DNA of 64,000 nt from a bacterium (GCA_965219955.1 OZ244799.1:2144001-2208000), one strand, 5' to 3'. Counted from the first letter of the stretch, positions 50,405 to 59,918 are shown. The notes: a model not told the origin generated them from the sequence alone. Program-made: numbers and translations.

Positions 50405-50788
50405 ATGTCGGATGGAACGGTCACGCTGTTCGATCAATCCCAAAAGAAACCCCAAGCCCTTGAAGGCATTACGGTTACGCCGCTCGCCAACCAGAAGGTG
50501 AGCGAGATTCTCAAGGCGGAAGGCAAGACCGGCCACGGGCTGCGACTGGCCGTCACCGCCGGCGGCTGCTCGGGTTACAACTACGGCCTCTATTTCGAGG
50601 AATCCGCCAACCCTGAGGATAAAGTGTTCTCCGCCGATAGCTTCGACGTGTTCGTGGACCCCCAGAGCTATCCCGTCATCGCCGGAACGGAAATCGACTT
50701 CGTGGACAGCCTCCAGGGCTCGGGCTTCAAGATCAACAACCCCAACGCCATGAACATGTGCGGTTGCGGAAAATCGTTCACTACGTGA
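50405..50788 (+). CDS. A-type Fe-S carrier (IscA/ErpA/HesB family)
   Basis: GGCSG ... FKINNPNA..MCGCGKSF. Confidence 0.93.
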   Translation: MSDGTVTLFDQSQKKPQALEGITVTPLANQKVSEILKAEGKTGHGLRLAVTAGGCSGYNYGLYFEESANPEDKVFSADSFDVFVDPQSYPVIAGTEIDFVDSLQGSGFKINNPNAMNMCGCGKSFTT

Positions 50789-50805
50789 TAAAACAATGCC
50801 TTACG

Positions 50806-50838
50806 AGCCCCGGGCATCACGCGCCCGGGGCTTTTTTT
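50806..50838 (+). terminator. Intrinsic terminator after the iscA-like gene
   Basis: agccccgggc-atcacgc-gcccggggct followed by a T-tract. Confidence 0.75.
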
Positions 50839-50860
50839 GTGACCAACGAGAGACTTCGCC

Positions 50861-52315
50861 GTGAACCGAAACGATAAGACTTCGGCGTGGCGAGCGCCCG
50901 GGGCCGTCGTCCTCGTCTCCTGCTACGAGTTGGGGCACCAGCCCCTGGCCGTCGCCTCGCCCATGGCCTTTTTGCGCGAGGCGGGCTTCCGGCCCTGGGC
51001 GATGGACATCGCGGCGGAGGATTTCTCGCCCGAAAAAATCGCAAAGGCGAAATTCGTCGGCATCAGCGTACCGATGCACACGGCGCTCAGGCTCGGCGTG
51101 GAGGTGGCGGCGAAAATACGCGAGACGAACCCGGGGTGCCATATCTGCTTCTATGGCCTCTACGGCCTGCTCAACAAGGACTATCTTCTTGAAAACGGGG
51201 GAGATTCGGCGGTCGGCGGCGAGTTCGAACTGCCGCTCGTGAAGCTCGTTCAAGGGCTGTCGCAATCCTCGGAGAAGCTCGACGTTCCCGGCGCGGCCAC
51301 GAGAGAGCACACATCCGGCCCGTATCTCGAAAAAATCCCCCTGCTCAAACCTGACCGGGAAGGATTGCCCGCGCTTCAGGCATACGCCCATCTCGTGAAG
51401 GAGGGGCAGCATTATCCTGCGGGAGCCGTCGAGGCGAGCCGCGGCTGCAAGCACTTGTGCCTCCATTGCCCCATTCCGCCGGTTTACGAGGGCCGCTTCT
51501 TCGTCGTGCCCCAGGAGAAGGTTCTGGAAGACATCGAAGACCTGGCGGCGCAAGGCGCGCGCCACATCACCTTTGCGGACCCGGATTTCCTGAACGGGCC
51601 ATCGCATGCGCAAAGGGTCACCCGCGCCATGCACGAGAGGTTTCCCTCGCTCACATTCGACTTTACGGCCAAGGTCGAGCACCTCATCAAGCACGAGGCG
51701 CTTCTGGCGGAGTTCGCAGAATACGGATGCGCGTTTTTCGTCACAGCGGTTGAATCTTTGAGCGACATCGTCCTTGGCCATCTGGTGAAAGGACACAACC
51801 GGGAAGACGTCTTCCGCCTGGTGAAAGCCGCCCGGGAGGCGCGCGTTTCCATCCGGCCGTCTCTGGTCGCATTCACGCCGTGGACTACTGCACAGGATTA
51901 TTTCGATCTGCTTGATTTTATTGAAGAATACGCACTAATCGACGAGGTCGACCCGATTCAGATGGCCATCCGGCTGCTGGTGCCGCCGGGCTCCCATTTG
52001 CTCGAATCACCCCACATGACGAGATACATCACCGGACTCGACGCCGAGAATTTCATCTACCGCTGGGAGCATCCGGACGCGAGAATGGACAAGCTGCACG
52101 AGGAGGCGCTCTTCCTCGCCGAAGATGCGGCAGCGCGCCAGGAGGACGCCGCCGTGACTTTTTCCAGGATTCGCGAATTGGCGGCCGATATTCTCGAACG
52201 CCCCGATCAGGCGCAGCCAAAGGCCGCCTTCGCGCCCGACCGAATCCGCCCGCCTCGCCTGACCGAATCGTGGTTCTGCTGAGCGGAGCCCACCCAGGGC
52301 CAGTTGGCCCTCTGA
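50861..52315 (+). CDS. Radical SAM selenoprotein with C-terminal CUAEP tail (UGA 52280-52282 read as Sec)
   Basis: GCKHLCLHCP radical SAM motif; C-terminus RLTESWFC-TGA-AEPTQGQLAL-TGA; hairpin 13 nt after the UGA. Confidence 0.8.
52296..52311 (+). promoter_or_regulatory. Candidate bacterial SECIS for the radical SAM gene
   Basis: AGGGCC-AGUU-GGCCCU stem-loop starting 13 nt 3' of the in-frame UGA. Confidence 0.55.
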
Positions 52316-52330
52316 GCCACCGGATACGAC

Positions 52331-52681
52331 TTACGTTAAAACCTGTGAATACGTTTCCGCGTCGAAACCGACGATGAGGGCGTTTCGATGTTTGATGACC
52401 GGCGCCCTGAGCGTGCCCGAGCGGCCCATTAATAAAGCCAGCACGTCTTCGCGCGCAGGGTTTTCCTTTTTGATATTCAGGTGAATCACCTTTCTGCTCC
52501 TGGTCGAATAGACGTCCGTAACGCCGTCCAGAACCGAGTCGACGTTGCTCTCATCCACCACGTCTTTTCTGGAACTGGCCTGCTCGGATACCTCGATACC
52601 ATTTTCCGCAAGAAACGCTTGCGTTTTGACGCAGGTCTTTCAGCCGGAGCGATGGTAATACCAATCCACTGTCTTGGACAT
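52331..52681 (-). CDS. ArsC/Spx-like thioredoxin-fold selenoprotein with UxxC motif (UGA 52642-52640)
   Basis: GAGGAG RBS and ATG at 52681 give MSKTVDWYYHRSG-U-KTCVKTQAFL..., in frame with the 76-aa ORF ending GTLRAPV...LIVGF. Confidence 0.8.
52607..52623 (-). promoter_or_regulatory. Candidate bacterial SECIS for the ArsC-like gene
   Basis: CGCAAG-CGUUU-CUUGCG stem-loop starting 16 nt 3' of the UGA. Confidence 0.5.
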
Positions 52682-52795
52682 GTCTCAGAATCTCCTCACG
52701 AAACGAGAAACCCTCCCGCTCAAAAACCTTGACGGCGGCTGAGCGATTCGGGGGATGCCCGCCTTCAACTCACCCGTGATGAAGGCGCAATTGCT

Positions 52796-53509
52796 TCAAA
52801 GATTCATCACGGCGACGGCCCGGATCGGAGAGCCGGTGCCCGCGCGAATCCTGAGCGGGAGTCCCACATAGAGAAATTCCTTCCCCGCCACCGCTTCGAT
52901 ATTCGCGAGATTCTCCGTGTTGTGGCGCTGAAGTTCCCGGCAAAGCACGTGGCAGGGAAACGTCAGCTCTATGGTGTTCACGCCGGCGTCGATGCTGGGC
53001 GCATCCTGGCCGATATTCACCACGCCGCATTCGCGATAGAGGAAGTTCGCGGCGTCGTAGCCCAGGCCCGGGTAGGTGTTGAGGTAATCGTCCGTCGGAT
53101 AGGTGCGCTTGAAATGGCCGCCCGTGAAGAGGAACGTGCCGTCTTTGGGAGGCGTAAGTCCCGCCGCCGAAAGCTCGTCCTGCAAGAGTTGTAAGGATAT
53201 CTCCTCCATCGGCTCCACCTTGCCCGTGAAATCCAGCGCGACCGCCCGGGTGATGAACCATTCGAGCGGCGCCTGATCGATGTTCGGCGCCGTTTCCCGC
53301 TCATCGATATGGCTGACCGAATCGGTATGCGTCGGCCCGTGATCGCACATGTGGAGCATCATGGCCGCATACGTGATGTCCTTGGGTTTGATCGGCGCGT
53401 TGGCCGCGTCTTCGTGCCGGGCGACGTACTCGATTTCCGTCGCCGGGTGCCCGGGAAACCTGGGCGCGCCGGTGTAGATATCCTGGCTCAGATCGATGAT
53501 TTCGTACAT
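52796..53509 (-). CDS. Cyclase family protein (variant metal motif)
   Basis: IIDLSQDI, HGPTHTDSVSH, ENLANI and GLPLRIRAGTGSPIRAVA. Confidence 0.85.
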   Translation of the reverse strand: MYEIIDLSQDIYTGAPRFPGHPATEIEYVARHEDAANAPIKPKDITYAAMMLHMCDHGPTHTDSVSHIDERETAPNIDQAPLEWFITRAVALDFTGKVEPMEEISLQLLQDELSAAGLTPPKDGTFLFTGGHFKRTYPTDDYLNTYPGLGYDAANFLYRECGVVNIGQDAPSIDAGVNTIELTFPCHVLCRELQRHNTENLANIEAVAGKEFLYVGLPLRIRAGTGSPIRAVAVMNL

Positions 53510-53534
53510 GCGCATCTCCTCAAAAATCAATCCG

Positions 53535-53564
53535 AAAAACCCCCGCACGCGAATGCGGGGGCTT
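53535..53564 (-). terminator. Intrinsic terminator-like hairpin between the LLM gene and the cyclase gene
   Basis: Minus strand cccccgca-ttcgcg-tgcggggg followed by ttttt. Confidence 0.6.
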
Positions 53565-53579
53565 CCTCGTCAACAAAAA

Positions 53580-54824
53580 TCAGGCGACGCCGCCGACCGT
53601 GACGCCGTTCGATACCGGACATTCCAGATCGGGCCATATCTTCGTCATGAACGTCTCGAGTTCATAAATGACTTCTTCCTTTGGGCATTGCGCGTAGTGC
53701 CAGATCAGGGTGATGAACTCAGAAGGCACTTTTTCGTACGTCTCCTCCCACTCGCGCTTGAGCCTGTCCACCGGACCACCCAGGAAGATGCCGCTTTCCT
53801 TGATGTTCTGGATCCAGTCGATGCTCTCCGTGTCGTCCGGGAACTGCGGGAAGAAGGGCACGTAGAAGTTCTGGTAGATGTCCTGATCGTAGTTCTTGAG
53901 CTTCTCGTCGTATTCTTCTTCGGTGTCCGTCACATGGATCCACCGGCAGACGCACTGCCGCTCGCCATGCGCGAAGTTGTGGCCCGCCTTGGCGGCTTCT
54001 TCCACGTAGAGATGGGAGAATTCCTCCATCTTTTCCAGTTTGGTGAAATACACGGGCCGGAACCCGTGTCTCGCCGCGAATTTGATGGAATCCGGGCTCG
54101 CGCTCACCGCCTGGAACACGGGCGGATAAGGATCCTGATAGGGCTTGGGAACGACGCTTACCTTTCGCACCCGATTGTCGTCGCCGATCTCGCCGATTCC
54201 GCCGGCGTCCCGGGCGCTCTTCCAGGCCGGGTAATCGATGCCATCCTCATACGGGTAGGGAATCTCGTAGTAATTCCCCTTCACGTCCACCGAGTCTTCC
54301 TGCCAGAATTTCAGGAGCATCTCGACGCGTTCTTCAAAAATGTCGCGGTTCTTCACGTCGTCGGCCCCGCCGAGGGCGTCGGAGACGGTGGCCCGGGTGT
54401 CGCTGAACTGCCCCAGGACGTTCGACCATCTGGACTGGTACCCTCTTGCCAAACCACAGAAGAACTTCCCCTTGGTGATGTGGTCGAGAATCGCCGTCTC
54501 CTCGGCCACGCGAATCGGATCCTGCGTAGCCATGACGTAACCCAGCGCGCCCACCCGCGCATTCTTGACGTGATTAGCCCACCAGGCGTTGAGAACGCCC
54601 GGATTGGGACCTACCTCGTAACCCTCCGAATGCAGGTGGTGCTCGATGGTGCTGATGCCCCAGACACCCATCTCATCCGCGGCCTTTACGATGTCGACCC
54701 ATTCATGAAGCACGTGATGGTACAAATCCTTGTCCCTGGCCAGGGGCCTTTTCTGCTCGCGCTCCTCCCGGTTTTCCGTCGGCAGCATGGGGTATAGCTG
54801 GATGATCACTTTGGGTTTTGCCAT
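53580..54824 (-). CDS. Luciferase-like (LLM class) flavin-dependent oxidoreductase
   Basis: IEHHLHSEG, DPIRVAEETAILDHITKGK...GLARGY and PKPYQDPYPPVF. Confidence 0.9.
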   Translation of the reverse strand: MAKPKVIIQLYPMLPTENREEREQKRPLARDKDLYHHVLHEWVDIVKAADEMGVWGISTIEHHLHSEGYEVGPNPGVLNAWWANHVKNARVGALGYVMATQDPIRVAEETAILDHITKGKFFCGLARGYQSRWSNVLGQFSDTRATVSDALGGADDVKNRDIFEERVEMLLKFWQEDSVDVKGNYYEIPYPYEDGIDYPAWKSARDAGGIGEIGDDNRVRKVSVVPKPYQDPYPPVFQAVSASPDSIKFAARHGFRPVYFTKLEKMEEFSHLYVEEAAKAGHNFAHGERQCVCRWIHVTDTEEEYDEKLKNYDQDIYQNFYVPFFPQFPDDTESIDWIQNIKESGIFLGGPVDRLKREWEETYEKVPSEFITLIWHYAQCPKEEVIYELETFMTKIWPDLECPVSNGVTVGGVA

Positions 54825-54857
54825 CGCCTTATTCTCCTTTCTCGACAGAGATTTTCT

Positions 54858-55400
54858 TCACCCTCGGGCGCCGGAGGCCAGCGCTTGTTTAGATAAATTC
54901 ATTTTATTTTTCACTTTATGGAGAAGCCTGGATAGCCTCTCCCTTTCATCGTCCTCCAAATCATTCATGAGGTCCGCTATGCGTGAGTAGTAGTCCGGGA
55001 AAATGGCGTGCAGGCTCTCTTTTCCCTTGGGCGTCAGGCGCACGATGACTTTCCTCCTGTCACCATCGTGGCTGAAACGCTCGATGAGTCCGTCGCGCTG
55101 AAGTCCCTTCATCAACCCGGTCATCGTCGCGCGCGTCACGCCTGCCTGCCCGGCCAGCTCCGACGGGCTGAGGCCCGAACCGTTGTTTCTCATTTGCGAA
55201 CGCAGCAGCAGCAATAAAACGATAAACCTGCCCTGCGATACGCCGTGATTGGCCAGATACGTTTCAAAGGCGGTAAGCATATCACTGCCTACCTGCAAGA
55301 AAAGATAAAACAACATGACGGAGGATGTATCCAGAGAGGAATACTCCGGCACGAGTGGCCTGAAATCTTCCTCGTTGGGCAGTTCTTTCATATAGAACAT
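54858..55400 (-). CDS. MarR family transcriptional regulator
   Basis: SPSELA...VTRATMTGLMKGLQRDGLIER...DRRKVIVRLTPKG. Confidence 0.92.
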   Translation of the reverse strand: MFYMKELPNEEDFRPLVPEYSSLDTSSVMLFYLFLQVGSDMLTAFETYLANHGVSQGRFIVLLLLLRSQMRNNGSGLSPSELAGQAGVTRATMTGLMKGLQRDGLIERFSHDGDRRKVIVRLTPKGKESLHAIFPDYYSRIADLMNDLEDDERERLSRLLHKVKNKMNLSKQALASGARG

Positions 55401-55424
55401 GGATTTGCTCCGAGAACAAAATGC

Positions 55425-55464
55425 TATGGTGCCTAATTATATGGGGCCTTACAATTCAAGTCAA
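55425..55464 (-). promoter_or_regulatory. Promoter of marR with tandem pseudo-palindromic operators
   Basis: TTGACT-N17-TATAAT (55464-55436); boxes TAAGGCCCCATA and TTAGGCACCATA flank or overlap the -10. Confidence 0.65.
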
Positions 55465-55681
55465 CCGGCGCTTCCTCACGGATGTTTCTTGAACATTCAA
55501 CATGGCGCCGCCGCAAGAAACCACAATTTCGGGTCTTGAAACATTCATAAAATGGGATATATTAGCGGTTGTACGGTGATATCCTCGAGTTTGGAGGATA
55601 TGAATTCACCGATTCGTGAACAAACTTTGGCCGCATCGCCTAAGATACCAAATGATTGGATAATCCAGGAGGATTTCTGAA

Positions 55682-56392
55682 ATGCGCTCTCAAGACTTCA
55701 CTCGCTCGACCGGGCAACGCGTCATCGCACAAGACGCCGCCGCATTCATGCAGCGCGTCTACGGTTGGATGACGCTGGGGCTCTTCGTCACGGGCTTCAG
55801 CGCGTTCTACGTCGCATCCAGCCCCGCCGCCATCCAGTTCATATTCGGAAGCTCCATCTCGGTATTTCTGGTCATCGGCGTCCAGCTCGCCCTGGTTTTC
55901 TCCATCAGGCCGGTGATGCGCAGCAAGGGCTGGCAGGCGGGCGCGGTGCTGTTCCTGCTCTACAGCGCGACGCTGGGCGTCACCGTTTCCACCCTGCTCC
56001 TGCGCTACACGCTCACCTCTGTGGCCCAGGCGTTTTTCGTCACCGGCGGCGCGTTCGGCGGATTGACCCTCTTCGCCTTCGTGACGAAAAAAGACCTCTC
56101 GGGCGTGTGCAATTTCTGCATGGTGGGACTCATCGGTATCATTCTCGCCAGCGTCGTCAACATCTTCGTGGGTAGTTCCGCCGTTCATTTCGCCATCAGC
56201 GTTCTGGGCGTTCTCATCTTTGCGGGTCTGACGGCCTATGACACCCAGAAGATGAAGGAATACGCCTACAGCCAGGACACGGACAACGAAACGGGCAGGC
56301 GCGCCTCCATCATGGCGGCGCTCGAACTCTACCTCGATTTCATCATGATGTTCATTTACCTCACGCAGCTTCTGGGCGCATCGCGCGAATGA
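55682..56392 (+). CDS. Bax inhibitor-1/YccA family membrane protein
   Basis: 7 TM helices; FMQRVYGWM, GLTAYDTQK and ALELYLDFI. Confidence 0.92.
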   Translation: MRSQDFTRSTGQRVIAQDAAAFMQRVYGWMTLGLFVTGFSAFYVASSPAAIQFIFGSSISVFLVIGVQLALVFSIRPVMRSKGWQAGAVLFLLYSATLGVTVSTLLLRYTLTSVAQAFFVTGGAFGGLTLFAFVTKKDLSGVCNFCMVGLIGIILASVVNIFVGSSAVHFAISVLGVLIFAGLTAYDTQKMKEYAYSQDTDNETGRRASIMAALELYLDFIMMFIYLTQLLGASRE

Positions 56393-56415
56393 GCAAGGCA
56401 ACCATACCCATCCAC

Positions 56416-56441
56416 AAAGCCGGGGCTTCGGCCCCGGCTTT
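56416..56441. terminator. Terminator-like hairpin
   Basis: aaagccgggg-cttcgg-ccccggcttt. Confidence 0.65.
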
Positions 56442-56558
56442 GCCTTAATAAATAGCACCGCAACTATGGTTTGTCTCTTCCAATTTCCCGACAATGAGTG
56501 ATATAATCAGAATTATGAAAGACGTAACACCTACCATCGCCCTGGCAGGAGAATAACC

Positions 56559-58583
56559 GTGGGGCTTCGCATCTCCATAGGGGCGATTATCGCCGTTCTG
56601 CTCGGCGGAACAGGATATTTCGCCCAGCAATCCCAAACGACAAAAGATCTGCTCCAACAGCGTGAGGTTGAACTCAAAACAGAAAAAGAGAGTTCCGCCA
56701 AGCTTAAAAGCGAAATTCAGGGCCTCAAAGACATAGACCAGAAGATGAAGAGTTTGGAGTCCCAGCTCGCAAAAGAGGTCGCCTCCGCCAAGACGCAGAT
56801 GGAAGAGCTGGACAAGCGCGTCACCGAGAAAAGCGCCGCTATCGAGCAAGACCAAGCGAAAATTCAAAGCCTCGAGGCCGCGCTCCAGGAAAACCAGACC
56901 GCCCTCGATAACGAGCGCAAGGCCCGAGCCGAGACGGAAAAATCAAACCAGCAAAATCTCGAGCTCGCCGCCAAGAGGGCTGGCGACATAGAGCGCCTCG
57001 AAACCCAGGCTGAGCAGATGCGTAAACGCATCGCGGAGAAAAACACCGGCATCAAGCGGGAAAAAGCCGAAATCCGAAACCTCAAAGCCGTAGCGGACAT
57101 CATCGAAGCCTCCCTCAATTACCAGAGCAGATTACGCGCCAAGGCCGAAAAGGCGAATCAACAAAACCTCGCGCTGGCGGCCAACCGGGCCGAAGACATA
57201 AAGCGACTCGAAGCCGCTCTCAAAGAAAATCAAACGACTCTTGCGAGCGAACGCAAATCGAGATCCGAAGAAATAAAGCGTCTCGAAGCACAGGCCAAAG
57301 TGTCGAGCCGACTCATCGCCGAAAAAAATACCGCCATCGAGCAGGAAAAAGAGAAAGCCCGAAAATTCGAAATCGCCCTCAAACGAATTCAGGCGAACCT
57401 CAAGAACGACCGCAAAACACAGGCGCTCGTCGACAAATTGAGCAAACAAAGCCTCGAGTTCGCAGCCGATCGGGCCAAAGAGATTAAACACCTCGAAAGT
57501 GTCCGGGGCATTCTCGAAGCCCAGGTTCAGAGAATGGACAAGCTCATTGCGTCCGAGCAGAAAGAAGCGAAAAAAAAGGACATCGCAGCCAAACCCAAAA
57601 CGCAAGCTACGACAGCAACGGTGAAAGCGTTAAATGGCGAACTCGCGAGAAAGCGATCCGAGGAAATAGCCCGGCTCGAAAAAACCAGAATGCTCCTCAA
57701 CACCCAGGTGCAGGAAATGGGCCGGATGATTACGGAGAAAAACGCCGGGATCGCTCGTGAAAAAACGAAAGCGCAAAGCCTGGAACTCGCACTCAACCAA
57801 ATCCGCACAAGCCTGGATAATGAGCGCCAGACGCGAGCGAAGGCGGAAAAAGCGAATGCCCGAAATGCAGAACTCGCGAGAATCAGAGCCGAAGAGATAG
57901 GGCGCCTCGCGAAAACCAGAGAGCTTCTTCGAGCCCAGGTTCAGGAGATGAGCCAACTCATCGCGGAGAAAACATCCGTGGCCGAACTCATCAAGAACAA
58001 GCTGGATCAGACGAACCTGAGTCTGGCGGAAACCATCAAGAAACACACGCTGGCGTTCGCCCGCTCGAAAGTCCTGGAGAAAAGAGCGCGCGAAGAGGCC
58101 GAAAGGGCCAAAAGGCTGGAATCGGACCTGAGCGAAATGAGCGGCAAGCTCAAGAAGCAACACGTCAGTCTGCAGCGGACCAAAGATCTGCTCCGCCTCA
58201 CCATCGTAAACAGCCTCTTGTTCGATTCCGGCAGCGCCACGCTCAGGGAGAAAGGCTTCGAAACGCTTTCGAAAATCGCGGAGTTTCTCCAGAAGCAAAC
58301 GGACAAGATGATCCGCATAGAAGGGCATACGGACAACCGGCCCATCAAAGGCAACCTGCTCGATCGCTACCCATCGAATTGGGAACTTTCGTTCGCGCGC
58401 GCTATCGCCATCGTCAAATTCCTGGAATCGAAAAACATATCGCCCGCGCGCATGTCGGCGACCGGGCATTCGTTCTACCGTCCCGTGGCGGACAACGGCA
58501 GCGAAGAGGGCCGCGCCAGGAACAGACGAACCGTCATTCTTCTTGGCAGCCCCCGTCCTGCTGTGGAAGGGGCGACTCGCTAG
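56559..58583 (+). CDS. OmpA/MotB-C peptidoglycan-binding protein with long repetitive coiled coil
   Basis: N-terminal TM helix; ~500-aa coiled coil; LFDSGSA, EGHTDNRP, SNWELSFARA and GRARNRR. Confidence 0.85.
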   Translation: MGLRISIGAIIAVLLGGTGYFAQQSQTTKDLLQQREVELKTEKESSAKLKSEIQGLKDIDQKMKSLESQLAKEVASAKTQMEELDKRVTEKSAAIEQDQAKIQSLEAALQENQTALDNERKARAETEKSNQQNLELAAKRAGDIERLETQAEQMRKRIAEKNTGIKREKAEIRNLKAVADIIEASLNYQSRLRAKAEKANQQNLALAANRAEDIKRLEAALKENQTTLASERKSRSEEIKRLEAQAKVSSRLIAEKNTAIEQEKEKARKFEIALKRIQANLKNDRKTQALVDKLSKQSLEFAADRAKEIKHLESVRGILEAQVQRMDKLIASEQKEAKKKDIAAKPKTQATTATVKALNGELARKRSEEIARLEKTRMLLNTQVQEMGRMITEKNAGIAREKTKAQSLELALNQIRTSLDNERQTRAKAEKANARNAELARIRAEEIGRLAKTRELLRAQVQEMSQLIAEKTSVAELIKNKLDQTNLSLAETIKKHTLAFARSKVLEKRAREEAERAKRLESDLSEMSGKLKKQHVSLQRTKDLLRLTIVNSLLFDSGSATLREKGFETLSKIAEFLQKQTDKMIRIEGHTDNRPIKGNLLDRYPSNWELSFARAIAIVKFLESKNISPARMSATGHSFYRPVADNGSEEGRARNRRTVILLGSPRPAVEGATR

Positions 58584-58608
58584 CGTTTCGCAGGTTTGAT
58601 TTGGAAGG

Positions 58609-59862
58609 CTAAATTTTAAGCACAGCTTCGAGCTCGGTGCCGAGTTCTCGCTCCGCGATCACGGCGCCCGTCAATCGGTCTTCCTGAAACACTTCATTGG
58701 CCACGCGCTGGATATCCTGCTCACCCACGGCGTCGATATCCGCCAACTCTTCCTCCACGGGATAAATTCTGCCTTTGAGCATGAGGTTCGAGCCGTTTCG
58801 GCCCGCATGGTATTGCGAACTCTCGTGTATCTGGAGGTTGCCCTTGATGTATCGCTTCGCTTCGGCCAATTCCTGACTCGTTACGGGTTCGGCTTTGAAC
58901 TTGCCTGTTTCGGAGAGTATCACCTCGGTCGCCTCCACCGCCTTTTCAAGCGCCACGCCCGCTTTCAGTTCAATCATGCCCGTATCGGTGTAGCGGTGCG
59001 GCGCGGCGCCCACGCTGTAGGCAAGACCCCGCTTTTCGCGCACTTCGGTGAACAATCTGCTGCTCATCTTGCCGCCCAGTATGTTGCACATCACGCGAAG
59101 CGGGCCGGCGTCCTCGTGATTCAGACCGAAGGCGCGAAACCCGAGCGCGAGATTCACCTGATCCGTCTGGCGGGCCTGATCCACCATTTTGGCTTTGCTC
59201 TCCCCGGGCAAGCCGGGAGAGAGAGGCTTCTCCTCGCTGCCGGTCCGAGCCCCGAAATGCTGCTCGGAGAGCGCCATCACTTCTTCATGCTTCACGCCGC
59301 CCGCCACGGAGATCACCGTGTTGCCGGGGGTGTACCATTTCTCTATCAGTTCGCGCATATGCTCGGGTTCTATCGCGTTGATGGTCTCCCGGTCCCCGAT
59401 AACGCCCATTTGCAGGTTGTAGACGGTGGTCTCCAGCATATCCGACACCCAGATGCGCGGCATGTCCTCATACATCTTCAACTCTTCGAGGATGACCATC
59501 CGCTCCCGGTCCCACTCGTCCTTGTCCAGCAGGCAGTTGTTCACCGCATCCGCATAGACTTCCAGCACGGTGGCGAACGCTTCGGCCGGCGCCGTGAAGT
59601 GATAGCAGGTGCGTTCGGGCGCGGTGTTGGCGTTGATGGACGCGCCGTTTCCTTCCATCTCGCGCGCGATGTCGAGCGTCGTCCTCGAAGGCGTGCCCTT
59701 GAAGACCATGTGCTCCAGCGCATGGGAAACGCCCACTACCTCATCGCGCTCATGCCTGCCGCCGCAGCCGAAATAAATATGAAACGCTACGGCCGCTGAT
59801 TCCGCGCGTTCCGCCGTCACCACGCGAACCCCGTTGGATAGTTTATCCTCGACGATCTTCAT
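58609..59862 (-). CDS. M16 family (pitrilysin-like) zinc peptidase
   Basis: HALEHMVFKGT inverted zincin motif; SSRLFTEVREKRGLAYSV. Confidence 0.93.
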   Translation of the reverse strand: MKIVEDKLSNGVRVVTAERAESAAVAFHIYFGCGGRHERDEVVGVSHALEHMVFKGTPSRTTLDIAREMEGNGASINANTAPERTCYHFTAPAEAFATVLEVYADAVNNCLLDKDEWDRERMVILEELKMYEDMPRIWVSDMLETTVYNLQMGVIGDRETINAIEPEHMRELIEKWYTPGNTVISVAGGVKHEEVMALSEQHFGARTGSEEKPLSPGLPGESKAKMVDQARQTDQVNLALGFRAFGLNHEDAGPLRVMCNILGGKMSSRLFTEVREKRGLAYSVGAAPHRYTDTGMIELKAGVALEKAVEATEVILSETGKFKAEPVTSQELAEAKRYIKGNLQIHESSQYHAGRNGSNLMLKGRIYPVEEELADIDAVGEQDIQRVANEVFQEDRLTGAVIAERELGTELEAVLKI

Positions 59863-59918
59863 GAAGCCTCCCGGACAGGAAAAAAGGCGAGCTTTACCCA
59901 AGCGATTTTATTTTTTAT

